A DNA stretch of 64,000 bases from Lytechinus pictus (lineage: Eukaryota), in NCBI RefSeq assembly GCF_037042905.1, contig NC_087245.1, positions 32,428,001 to 32,492,000 on the forward strand. The letters run 5' to 3'. Position numbers and translations under genes: made by a program. This document shows positions 1-13,923 of this stretch, piece by piece (within the stretch, counting starts at the first letter, position 1; each line of letters starts with the position of its first letter). The notes beneath the pieces were generated by a model. It was not told the origin of the DNA, did not search any database, and saw only the letters and a program-made list of their open reading frames with translations.

Positions 1-509
1 TTATTCAATCTTTGTGGGAAGATACAAAATTGCGGAAATATATGGATGTAAATGTTACTTCCGGATTGTAGAATAGGGTGTGGCACTTGTGTGGCTGCGT
101 TCTGTAGCTTTATCACTTAGTGTACTTGTAGAAACATTGAAGATTTAATGTTTGACGATTTATCTACGACTGTGTCATATATAATTTTATAATTTTCGAA
201 CGAATCATTTATAAAATTTATTGAAATTTAAATCAATTGTGTTGCATCCAAGTTTATATTACCTTCAGCTGGTTTGATCGCACCTCATTTTCGTCTTGTA
301 CTTTTGAAGCCGACGATATATGTACTGTGTATGATGCATGACAATTATATGTAATTCACTAATAACGATTAGTAGGTCTAAGATCTTTGGCCCTAGGTTT
401 GTGTTAGACATTGTTATTTAGTCATTCCCATATTCATTCAATGTAGGCTTAGATAACATCAAAAGCTTTTCTAGATATAAATTCCTTCAGGATTATAATT
501 CGCTAATTA

Positions 510-1738
510 TGTTGGAGGCAGAGGCAACAACAAAAGCGCACCCATCTTTTCAACCGTTACAAGTCTACATATTGCAAAACCGTTTTCCCTGGATCCCTTC
601 CTGGGTAGTAGGAAGCTAGGTTGGAAGGCGGATCCCCGCATTATTTTGCACGCATAAGTGGTTTTTCCAAAGAGGTCATTCAACCATGGTCCACGATTCA
701 ACGGTGCCCAGCCAGATAAGGGGCGTGGCATGAGAATCATTCAAACACGCATGCTCAATGTAATAGCGCTCATGCGCGAGCAACCTGTTCGTTGTGCGTA
801 GGCGGGCGCTGGTCACTGATCTGAAAATTAACAAATGAAGTGAAGAGCAGGGGAAGAAAGAAGGGAGCGATAACCCTATAATAAATACAGTAAAACGGGC
901 TCATAAATTAAGGCTTCTATAAAAAAGATTCATAACTATTTGAGCAATAAAAGATATGCGTATGGAGGAGGGGCATATAGCCTTGTCAAAATGATATCGG
1001 GTTTTATTTTCTGCCAAGCTAAAAGCCAAAAACACGGAAAAAGGCATTGCAAGCCCGTTCACTACGTAAAAAATAAACGGCCTATTCCGCTGTGTTGATG
1101 GTCCCAAGATGGCGGACACTGATGGCTTCAGTCCGCGACGCTTCACCGCCCACCCATATAGTATTCAGATCAGTGGCGCTGGTTAGCCTTTTGACAAGGC
1201 TTCACGACTTGGCTCTATTCCTCGTCAAACAAAGGCTGAGACCCCGACTGAGACGAGATTAGCGGCAGACGAGGAGAATTAGAGATACCCGAGTGAGCGC
1301 GAGAGTGAACGACTTTAGTCGTGAGGCCTTTTGGATTCTGGTGAAGACGTGAATGTATGAATGCCGATGCGCCAATCCACACCGTCAGTGTCTACGACGT
1401 CATGGGACCGATTTCGCTTCTGTGGCACAGGCTTATACAGGGTTCACTGATGCGAGCAATACGCTCAGATCAGGTAGCGATTCGGATTCGGAAACGATGG
1501 TTAACGTAAGAAATCTAAATCCGGGTCTTAAAGGCCCTGTGACTGAATTCGAAATCCTCGCACTCACTCGCCTTTTTTGCCAATAGTCTTTATTTCCAGT
1601 CGGTAGGTATGTGATATAAATATCACCAGAAATAAAGGGCCTTGTTTTAAAGGCTAAGCGCTGGTGGGTGCGGTGCATGTTCTGACGTGGGTCCCTGGGA
1701 TTGGCGTCTAGTTGCTGGTTCCAATCGCTGCTCCAATA
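510..1738 (+). mobile_element. Probable solo LTR (BEL/Pao-like termini) upstream of the first actin coding exon
   Basis: GC-richer 1.23-kb island in AT-rich DNA. Begins TGTTGGAG and ends CTCCAATA (inverted, 1 mismatch), with near-5-bp TSD AATTA (505-509)/AATTG (1739-1743). TATA-like stretch near 875-885 and AATAAA at 1631-1636, about 100 bp before the right end. Confidence 0.45.
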
Positions 1739-1864
1739 AATTGGGAAACTTGTTTTAAATTTCCAATTTGAAGTAATGAATGATAGTACATGATTTTGCC
1801 ATTTAGATTATTATATTTTTTGAGTTAACCTTTCATATTTTCCTTTTTTCTTTCAGTGAAATAA

Positions 1865-3518
<1,654 letters not shown>

Positions 3519-3896
3519 ACAACTCGTCTTTTCGTTTTACTTCTGTTGAGCACAATAACGGGGTGGGTAAAGTGGGTCACCTTTATTAAATGGGAAAATT
3601 CTGGAACAGTTAGGTTGATCAGGAATTATCTAGCTATCGATCTCCGATAATAGTCCCATTATGGTTATCAATTGCTCAAACACTCGACATAATGTCGATT
3701 TCTTTGCCCATATTGGTGACCACTTTACCATGTTTACCAATTTGTTAAAGAAAATAAAATCAAATATGTCCTGAACCTGCCTCAACTTGGGCAAAAGTAA
3801 AGAGAGAGAACTGTTGTGAGAAAAGGTTGACATTATCTTCTGGATCCGAGGTTGATAATGAGGGTAAAAAATCAACATCCAAACTTATTCTAACTT

Positions 3897-3902
3897 AATA
3901 AA
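3897..3902 (+). promoter_or_regulatory. Candidate polyadenylation signal of the actin gene
   Basis: AATAAA about 380 nt after the stop codon. Another AATAAA lies at 3753-3758. The site actually used cannot be determined from DNA. Confidence 0.35.
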
Positions 3903-4525
3903 AAATAGTTCCCTTTAGTTCACTAATTTTGTTCAACTAAAATTTCTTTGAGCCAATCCGTGATACAACGGAATAACATTCTTGCAAAAGCACACGATTT
4001 TGTATCTTTATATATATTTATAAGTAAATTGCTTTAGATAAAACTTATGATTGCATTATAATCTTAAAAAAAAGAATAATCTATGATACATAATGATAAA
4101 AACGCGCGTTTTAACTTGGATTATGCATATTTTTGTTTGATATGGACACTAAATATATTTTGTAACTATAAAAATATACGAAAAAAAAAAGAAAATCAAC
4201 TGCACTTCTCAACATAAGAGTGCAAAAAAAACCAAGCAGTACTATGTATGCAGTATTACTGATTCAGTACTCATTATTTCTCGTGTGTTTTAATAGTTTT
4301 ATGTATTTTAGTTTAGTGATGCGATGTATGAATAATGAAGGGGATTGTTTAGCTTATGTCAGACTCTTTCAACGTGTGCGCGTTTACTCTAAATGACGAG
4401 GACTTGGATAACTTGGAGATGGGCTGTCGATTAGTTACCAGTTTAGATTTAGAATAAAGTCTCAAATATTAAATTTTAATTTTGTTCAAGTTCACCGAAA
4501 TGAATTTGAATTCATATCTCTTATA

Positions 4526-4681
4526 CCTCGGTCACATTTGCTCTACGGCTGCCGTACGGTGAGTCGAATTCAGCCGTGAACATTTTTTGTACCGGCTACA
4601 GAGAGGTGGTTTGAATGAAAATGGATAAAACGGCTGTTTTCGACTCGTCGTACGCCCGCCGTAGAGCAAATGTGACCGAGC
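4526..4681. mobile_element. Short palindromic MITE (~156 bp)
   Basis: CTCGGTCACATTTGCTCTACGGC...GCCGTAGAGCAAATGTGACCGAG inverted repeat, extending about 50 bp imperfectly, with TA on both sides. Confidence 0.85.
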
Positions 4682-6858
4682 TATTAGACTTAGATTCAAA
4701 TCTAAATCTAGACTGTTCAGTATTAAACAACCGATCTTGTGTGTTTGGTAAATGTGACTGCGTAATGAGAACTTGGTCTGGAAGTTTTGTCAATTTGACG
4801 GTGATTCTTTCATGGTGGGCACCGATAATGACTGATTATGAAAAATGGTGATTGGCACTGATTGATTTAGCACGATACAAATTGAGAATTTCATACTTTT
4901 AAAAAGAAAATTAGTCCTACGCTCTTATCGTATAGATCCTATAATAAATCATATTATATTCCCCTTTTAAAAAAAAAATCGATTTTAATTATTACAAACG
5001 TATTTTTTGCCACAACAGCAACTATATTCCATTTTGAAAATTGGTTTATTTTCACGTTTATTTGGGGAAAGATGAAGTGTGTTGCTGTTGACGGTGATCA
5101 ATGGTGTTGATGGTGAAGTGTGATGGTGACTTGTGAAGACAAGTAGTGATGATTATGATAATAGTGTTCTGCACTGGTGAAGAGAAGATTATGTGGTCTG
5201 TCTATGGGCCTTTTCACAGGTGAATCTTGAATCATCATATTGATGATTGCAATTCCTCTTTAGAATCATCGGACCTTTCACACTCTCACTCGAAAACTGT
5301 GATTTGAAATCGAATTCCCTAGCGAAGGCGGTATGTGCTCTTAGTGACTTTACTGAAGGTAAAAATGAAGGTAGACCACGTGGTGCGGTGACGGGGTGGC
5401 AGTAGACGAATTGGCAATTTACCGCTGGGAGTAGGCCAAAATGCAAGGGGACTTGATTTATGCCACATGAACTTTTAACCAATCGGGGAAAAGATGAATA
5501 ATAAAAAAAAATATTCACCTTCTCGATCGTATCTGGAATACGAGCAATCTGAAGGTGAAGAGCAGTACTGATGAAGAGAATTAGGAACAAATTTTACAAT
5601 ATTCCATTCACATATCAAGTCATTAAATAATTGCACTTGCCATTTGTGCACATCAAGATACTGATTGGCCTAGCTATACTCCCGTTTTGGTGATTTATAA
5701 TCAACCTTACAAAAAACTTGCATGTTGACGGTTGTTGAGTCGAGAGTAGAGAGAAATAAAAATGAAAAAGTTTGACAGAATTACAGCAGGTGTTTGCGAC
5801 CTTATGACTCATTTAACAACCCCTATAAACAAGAAAGGGGAAAATGAGGACAACCTTGCTGCCGAATGAGATCATGATGAGTTGCAATATATTACGTAAT
5901 CAGGAGAAGATGAATTTGATCAGGTATTAACATGAGGGTCACTTTGTTTATGTCACTGAATGCGCCAAAAGTGTTGTTGAATTTTCCTTCGTGCAGTCTA
6001 ATTTCAAACTATTAAAATCATGGATGTGATGGCGAAAAGGGAGAAGAGCGGTAGGCCTATTGACCAGAGAAGGCCTAATCGTGGCAGGTGCATTCTTTTC
6101 ATACTTTCCATAAGCATAAAAATATAAAAGAACAAAAAATTACTGAATGAAAACCGAAGTATCAAGAGATGTCAGACATTTGATAATCGAATTATATTTT
6201 GAATAAAAATGGGTCTTGTTGGAAGATATGGAGTGGCGCCCTCTCTAAATCTCGAATTAAAATCCCCACCCGAAAGAAACACAGTTAACAGTGTGTTAAT
6301 ATAGCCAGCTATAAGAACACGGTGTGAACACAATGTGTCACAACTCCCTGGTATCACAGAGTAGTTGCCACACAGTGAAACGGTTCACACATTTTACTAC
6401 TTCACTATGTCAGAATGACAACTCTATATTCACTTTAAACATAAAGAAAGAAAGAAACTAGTAACGCTGTGAAATTCATTTGTAACAGCATGTTCACATT
6501 GTGCCCACGCAGTGAAGATAAGACCACTTTGTTTAGAAAGACAGTGTGCAGGGGCGTCGCTAGGACTTTTCCGGGGGGGGGGGGTGGAGGCCCTGATTAC
6601 CGACAAGTATCGGCACCGATTACCGACGTCCGAAGACCATGTGTCATGATGAAGTTCCTCATTCTCCTTAGTCACATTTTCTTTCGTCATGTAAAGGCAG
6701 TTCCAGCTTTAATCGATAGGGGGGGGGGGGATATTTTCATTCACATTTTCCCGTCGCGGCCGCCCATATCAGATTTTTTTGGGGTTAGTCCTATTAATGT
6801 TCATTCTTAGAAACGAGATAAAGTATTTCATGTGGCCTCAATATTAAATAAATATTAT

Positions 6859-7350
6859 GCGAGCGCGAAGCGCGAGCTGAAATGTTTAATGTACTGGCCT
6901 GTAAAAAGACATGTTAAAGACAGTTCGCAGTGATCCATTGATATAATTTATCTCATTAATCCAAAAATGTGAGCGCGAAGCGCGAGCAGAAAAAAATACA
7001 TTTCGACCTGAAAACTCGATTGCAACCACGATGAGGATTGATAGATTAACCAAACAATCGCTGCGAGCACCAAGCGCGAGATGAACATTTGCATATTTCG
7101 TCTTGAAAACGCAATTGTAACCATGAAGTGGATGGATGTATTAACCAAACAATTGATGCGAAGCACGAGCTGAAAATCTTAAAACTAGACATTTTAGACA
7201 CTTTATATGAATAATGCGTAAATAACTAAGCAATTCGTGCAAGCTCGAGTTGAAACTTTTAATTAATTGTTCAGGACATCATTTTGCAGTGACTCAATAA
7301 TATAATACATTTCTCACTAATCAAATAGAGCGAGCGCGTAGCGCGAGCTG
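6859..7350 (+). repeat. Degenerate tandem array (~80-110 bp period) carrying GCGAGCGCGAAGCGCGAGC motifs, probably the interior of a non-autonomous element starting near 6549 (CAGGGGCGTCGC + poly-G)
   Basis: Motif or variants at about 6859, 6971, 7063, 7158, 7237 and 7330, usually followed by TGAAA. Confidence 0.7.
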
Positions 7351-8559
7351 AAAAAAAAACTGGACTGGTTAAGGACGATTTTTTTTTATAAAGAGCATGG
7401 TTCCTGCGCATGCGTGAGCGTCAAAATCGCCTTCCTTTTCATCAACGTTTCAGTCCAAATCGATATTCAAAGCAGCCTATAGGATTTTCCCATATTGGCC
7501 TATAATTTTTACATTATTTTTTTATGAAAAAAGTGAGATTCTCCTAAAATATTGTCAAAAGGCAACAGAACCCTCTCATTTTGAATCAGAACCCCCCCCC
7601 CCCCCCAGGTATCATGTCGGCTAATCGACGCACAAACTAAAATAATCGATATTTGTTTTAAAAAAGACAGGTCAATTATCTAGGCAAATTGTTATTTATT
7701 TCAATATTTTACAAGGTCATGTCACATTTCATTCGTGCTGTTGCTGAATTGGAATTCATGTAATTTGGCGGGTCACATGCATCACCTTCCTTTGATCTCA
7801 CATGCAATAGTTTATTAAAAGCACGAGTCGTTTATTTGGTCGTTTTAAGACTCAGTCGACATGTTCTGCCAACCGCGTCTTCAATAAATACCTAGACGTC
7901 AAAAAGATTTGTACAAATACACACACACGCCTCGCCATCAATCAATGTAACATACCGGGCAATATTGACTGTTTGCTGATACCTGAATAATACTCCTTGC
8001 CTGGGATATTGGCGGGGATGGGGAGTTTAATTTGGATGAAGGATCCAGCGAAAAGTGATCCATCGTGTTCGTTTCGGGAACACTTTCCATATCAAATCGT
8101 TAAGACATGGATTGATAATCGGTTCGCAAGCGCCATCTGATGACGTCAGTTGAAGTCGAGGCGAGTGATGAAGAATAAATATTATTACCGACATGAAGTC
8201 TTTGATTCTAAGATTTCTAAAGCTTGATAACACGATAGTGGTGTAACTTTTGGCTAGGAAACTTTATACTTGAGATAAAATCTATCGTGATCATTTAATT
8301 TCTATATTAAAACTTAATAAATTCACGAGAAACTAAAGATCAAGAGTGGGATAATGTCAAATAGAAATAGATAGAAAAAAAGGGGGGGGGGCGTCAATCA
8401 GTTATAATGAAATCGACCTCGACATTTCGATAGCTGGATATTAAGGTCACCAAGCCGATGTCACGGTTCATTCAAACTGACCAAATAAACAGATAGCTCA
8501 ATAGATCGACATCAACAATCTCTCACACTACAAGAGGATAAGATGTGTGTGGTCGTGGT

Positions 8560-8772
8560 ATAGGCGGGTTTCCACATTCTACAACATAGGAAATCAATTG
8601 AAATTGACCATCAAATGACAATGAACAGCTGAGAGGTGTTTGTCAAAACTTGGTGAACTGGGACAGCTGATCGTCGCACGATCCTGAGCTGACGAAAAAT
8701 TGCAAATATGTCGTTTGTCCAGAGTCAAGAACGAAACTGCTGTTTTAATTCACCAATCTTCGACAAAGACTG
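8560..8772 (-). repeat. Interspersed repeat, copy 1 of a family also at 52605-53150 and 63124-63355
   Basis: Reverse complement of TTGCAAATATGTCGTTTGTCCAGAGTCAAGAACGAAACTGCTGTTTT matches CAGCAGTTTCGTCCTGGACTCTGGGC...CATATTTGCA in the other two copies. Confidence 0.75.
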
Positions 8773-9254
8773 TTTTGTTGTTATACATGTATGAAGGGCT
8801 TTTGACAATAGATTTTCTATGTTGTTGAATCCGTCCCCGTCGCGACTGATAAAGTTTCCTATCATTTAGCTAACGTCATGAATGTGAGAAGCTTTCTCGT
8901 CACTGTAGGCCTAATAATATTTGCATGTTTCGGAAAGAATCCCCGTGAATTCTTACGGCCAAGTATCCCCATCTGGGATTGAAAGAAATCGATAGTGATG
9001 ATATTCCTTTCCAGAATTCTTTAAAAAGGGATGATTTTCAAATAAAGCAAACACACACGCGCGCGCGCACCCTAACACAATCGCACCCACACGCACACCC
9101 TCATCCCGACACCTGAAAAACGTATGGACATTTCAGCTGAATATCCCCCGATTGTCATCCCAAGTTCATTTATTAGGAAATAGCAAGAATGCAAAGAGGA
9201 TAATCCTACCGAAACAAAATCATTCATGCCGTGCATGGATTGAATTTATGTGTA

Positions 9255-9322
9255 CGGGTGTGTGTGTGTGTGTGAGGGAGGGTGCGAGCGAGGGTGTGTG
9301 TGTGTGTGTGGGTGGGTGTGTG
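9255..9322. repeat. Imperfect (GT)n microsatellite
   Basis: Two GT runs separated by a GA-rich spacer. Confidence 0.85.
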
Positions 9323-12289
9323 AAAAGGGGTAAAGGGTCTTTCTCAGACCATCCAAGATAAAGAAAACCAAGTTATAATTGACTTCATCAAATGCATTTC
9401 TTTTTCTTAACGATCTTTTCTCTAGGCCTAAATAGCTGGAACATTCAACCCCCATCAAAATCTTTGGACTGATACCACACTTCGTAAAATCAAACCTTAT
9501 TTTGGTAACGATTATCTCAATTTGGTGACCTAGCTTGATTAAAATCAGTATCTCTCTAGTTCTGCTGAATTTAGGACATGTTAGGAAAATAAATATCTGG
9601 AAAGCTATACATGAATATTCCCATCTTACTTACTAAAGTGATACAGAGATGCCGGAGCTCTGAAAAATATATCGATTCGAGACATTACATGCACTTGTCT
9701 AGACGAAGTAATGGATTATCAAATTAGACGGAAATGAGAAGATAATTATGCCTGACTATGGTATGTTCCGGGAAGCAATTAATCATATTATGACCGTTTC
9801 TCCGTGTTTACACATACAATATAATTGGTCATGCTCGTATTCTAATTGAAATCTCTGCCTTCTTCGCCACTGATCAGGATCTGGCAATTTGTGAGAATGC
9901 CCTCTATTGTTCATTATCATGCAGTTTTTTTAATGAAAAAATGATAAGGGATATTTATTTCAGGTTTCTTTTCACGTATGATCGATGGTAAATTGTTCAT
10001 TCACGGAAAGTCAACAATATACTTATTTCTTTGGACGGGGTGGTTTCTTCAATACATACTTTTGGAAAGAGCATTTTAAATAATGTAAGAGCATAAATGT
10101 TGGTAATTAAAGAGATACTCAAGTCTGAAAATGACATGATTCAAACAGATAGAGATACAAAAGACTGAAAATTCATCGGGTCAGGGAATAACAAGTTATG
10201 AAATTTTAAAATTTTGCATTACTTTTGTGAAACGGTTCTATGCAGGTATTAATGAAAATGCAACACTCAAGATGATGATGTCACATCCCCACGCTTTTTT
10301 GCGTTTTAGTACAAGTCATTTACATAATTTGAAGTCTGTCCTAAGAAAAAAAGATTGACTACGAATTAGTGCGCAAGACAACCGTTTGCAGTAACTTATT
10401 TTGTTACAATGGAGACATATCGTACACACGTGAATACAATTTTGTAATGTAATAACAGAAGTAAATGGAAAGTAAGGACACGACGCAATCAGCCGACCTA
10501 TTGCATATTCATGACGGCGTGCATAATTATAACCACTGTAAATGTATTTTAAGCAAAATATTGCACACTAATTTAAACTTCGATAACATATAATTGTTGT
10601 CCATTTACACGAATTGTTGATTTTGAAATGTCTTTGTTGTCCTGCCGGTTTGGTCTGAATAATTGAAATGTGAGGGCAATATCTGTCTAAAGGGAGGTGG
10701 TTAGTAGTTCTTGCCCACTTTCATAAATTATGTACTATATAAGTCTATTACTTCTTAAAATGTCATAAATTGTATATTGGACAATTATGGCAAGTGAGCG
10801 TATGGCAAAGTTCGCCACGAATTCTGGCTGAAAAAAAACCCTCACAAAAATATTGATATGTTTTTTTTCATCAAAGAAACAGAAAATGGAAACCATTAAA
10901 CTTAAAATTATATATATATTTTTTAAGTAAATCGTTTAGAAGGTAAAACAAAGGTGGTGGCTGAGGGGTACAGGCCTCCAGGTCAGTCCGGGTACCGATT
11001 CATATGAGATTTGGGCCCCTGGGCACATTTCAGACAGGAAAGATATCGACGATAACATTGTATCCCACAACATTATCAGATTACATTCCTGATCAGAATG
11101 TTATCATCTCTGCAATTATTATTCGATCCATGTATAATAAATACACTTCATATAACATCATGCAACAATATACCAACCTATTTGATAAGATTGCAAAACA
11201 TTAAAAGATTAACAGAATTAAGTTGCGGTGATGTTTAGCAAACATTGCACATTATTCTCATAGTCATGCTCGTGAAACTGAAGAACGTCGTTCCTGCCAA
11301 TAAGTTCCGGTATTTGTTCCTTTTCTTTGTATTATTTACAAATCAATGATAATATGGTCAGAGGAAAATAAAACATTATTCTTAACCTCGTGGAGAAAGT
11401 GATTGGTATCTTTGGTGTCATGTGTCTGGGACCTATTAACATTTTGAAATTGGAGCAGGGGGGGGGGGGGGGGGCTTAATGGACCCTCCCAAGTACACTA
11501 ATTTAAGGTTTTTAAAGACGGAAGTTTTGTGATGCTATAGACTTGGTCCTCTAGTAGATTTTACAACATATGCTTAATCTTCCTGTTTACATCAATCGTA
11601 AGTCTATTAATAAAGATATAGTGTTCTGCACATTAAAAAAAATTGTTGCCTATACGCGTTATACGAAGAGTGTGAGGGAGAAACCACGAACCCCCCCCCC
11701 CCCCTTTCGGGACAACGGGTTTTCGAGGGTCTCGCCACCACTGTAGTTGGCAAATCAATAGTTCAGTCAAAAACTGCTAAAACTAGACTGCAAAGATTAT
11801 ATGACACTGATGGTAAGATTGCTTTTAGCTCTTTGTGTTACAGACAAATGAAGTGAAACATAAAACACGTCATTGACCGCTCTACATTAGGGTTACAGTT
11901 CTAGAGATGACTTTGAGAAGAAAAGTGGGCCATCGCTCCTAGACTTGACTGATACGGATGGGACATGAAACAGATAAAAGAGGGGGTGAGGAAGGCTGTA
12001 TCCACTTGGCATTGAAGGGAAGTTAGATACCCTCTCATCTCCTAAATACGCGTTTCCAAAAGGCACTGATCGAATAAAATAGAAAACAGTTCATCCGAAT
12101 ATTCTAATTAGATATTGCAGAGATGGTTTGCACGTAAACTGTCACGCAGGTCGATTGCCATCTATCCAAAGATCAGAAAACTTGATAAACATGAGTCCCA
12201 AGAGTCGCCCCACGGAAAGTTTCAGCGCTTCATGTTGACAGGGGTCAGTTCTGTACAATATCGACATTCGAATAAAATGACGTCATTAA

Positions 12290-12892
12290 AAGGATACTCC
12301 GGGCTGAAGATGTTTATATCTAAATAAATGAAATAAAATTCACAGAGCAAAATGCTGAAAATTTAATCAAAATCGGATAACAAATAACGAATTTATTGAA
12401 TTTTATAGATTTGCATTATTCCGGCGGAACAGTTCTAGGCATGTCTTCATGAATATTTATTAGATGGGCTGATGATGTCACATCCCCACTTTTCTCTTTT
12501 TTAAGTTATTACATGAAATCATAATTGTTTCATTTTTCATAAATGTATAAATGATGTGTCTCCATGATGATGAAATAAGTTGCAGCAATAAATAGCCGAT
12601 GTACTTAATCAGTTGTCAATCCAATTGTTTTAGTTCTTGATAGAAATTTTTTGAATAAACCTAATTTCATATAATAAAATACAAAAGAACAAGTGGGGAT
12701 ATGACATCATCAGCCCACCTAATGAATATTCATAAAGACATGCCTAGAACTGTTTCACCGGAATAATGCAAATCTTTAAAATTCAATAACTTTGTTATTT
12801 GTTATCCGATTTTGATGAAATTTTCAGCATTTTGCTCTGTGAATTTTACTCTATTTATTAAGATATAAAAATCTCCAGCCTGGACCATCCCT
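12290..12892. mobile_element. Kolobok-like MITE (~600 bp), long TIRs, TTAA TSD
   Basis: TTAA|AAGGATACTCCGGGCTG...CAGCCTGGACCATCCCT|TTAA. Arms of about 200 bp are reverse complementary (e.g. CACAGAGCAAAATGCTGAAAATTT / AAATTTTCAGCATTTTGCTCTGTG). Purine-start termini with TTAA fit Kolobok rather than piggyBac. Confidence 0.85.
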
Positions 12893-13494
12893 TTAAATAC
12901 AGAATAGGTCCAGGTACAACTTTGAGTCAAGTGGGCGAACGTGCCAGTTGTGCCCCTGATTAACCTTCTCCTCCTTGATTCTAATACTCATAATTAAACA
13001 TGACGTGCATTAAACTGAGATCATTTTACCAGATATGATTCAAGACCTAAATTGTATTTTTATCTACCTGCAAAGTTCTCGTCAATGATTCCATTTTATC
13101 AATCATAATCATTAAAATCTTCACTTGCGTCAGGACAAGATGGAAGGAAAGCTATTTTCACGGGGTGACGTATTCCAAGGGGATCTCGCACACGCGCTTC
13201 CAAAAAATATCCATTCCGGTAGCCTAATGAAATTTTGATGAAAATTTTCACTTCAGCACAGTATCTGTTCTCATCTTTTATTATCTTTTGTTTTGGGGTT
13301 TGATAATATGGGTGTCTTGTTTGATTGAGTGATCGCTATGACTGGAGGTGACTTGAAGTTCATGAGAGGATCAGTCAAATTATGTGAACCTGTCAACCTT
13401 TTTCGTTCAGTGTGGCTTAGTCACGCGCGGCCTTGGCAAATTTTCTCTTAAAAATAGGAGAAAGGATTTTAATGGTTTTTTTTCGGCTTTTATA

Positions 13495-13735
13495 CATTGG
13501 CGTACAGATGGGGATATGGACCCCCCGCTCCAAAAATTCACAACCAAGAAAAAAAAACGAAAATAAAAGAAACAAAAAAGGGTGAAATATAATATTATTC
13601 TCTGAATATTATGTAATATATTTGAAAAAAAAAGTATTTAAAAATTTAAATTTTTACTCGCTCGCAGCCTTTAAGAAATTTTGCCCCATACGCCATGTAT
13701 GGCCCCCTCAAATTTGTTGGCCCATTACGCCACTG
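13495..13735. mobile_element. Non-autonomous element with CA(G/T)TGGCGTA...TACGCCACTG termini
   Basis: Short TIR. The 3' end (AAATTTGTTGGCCCATTACGCCACTG) closely matches a copy ending at 50105. No clean TSD. Confidence 0.55.
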
Positions 13736-13786
13736 ATAATTTATGTAAAGAGAGATAGAGATATGACATATTGGGTAGGTTGAGAT

Positions 13787-13923
13787 CATGGGCGTAGATC
13801 GGGGAGGGGGGGTGGGGGGACGTTTACCCCCTCGAGTTTCGAATTGTGTACAGCAGCTTATGTGAGGAGTGGGTCGTCTCCCCCACCACCCGGGACCAAA
13901 ATCCAACGAAATCGCAGCCCATG
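13787..13923. mobile_element. hAT-like MITE (137 bp) with 8-bp TSD
   Basis: CATGGGC...GCCCATG termini flanked by GTTGAGAT (13779-13786) and GTTGACAT (13924-13931). Confidence 0.75.

Noticed and set aside
1733..1744. CArG/SRF box for the actin promoter
   Set aside because: CCAATAAATTGG has eight A/T between CC and GG, not six, and overlaps the putative LTR end.
5189..5590. 133-aa minus-strand ORF with splice-like signals
   Set aside because: TTG start, no recognisable domain, and no coherent exon chain could be built.
11458..11474. Long poly-G/poly-C tracts (also ~6573, 7593, 18250, 21217, 41027, 59518) as special G-quadruplex elements
   Set aside because: They are scattered throughout the window and often part of repeats, so they look like a genome-wide background feature; homopolymer lengths are also unreliable.
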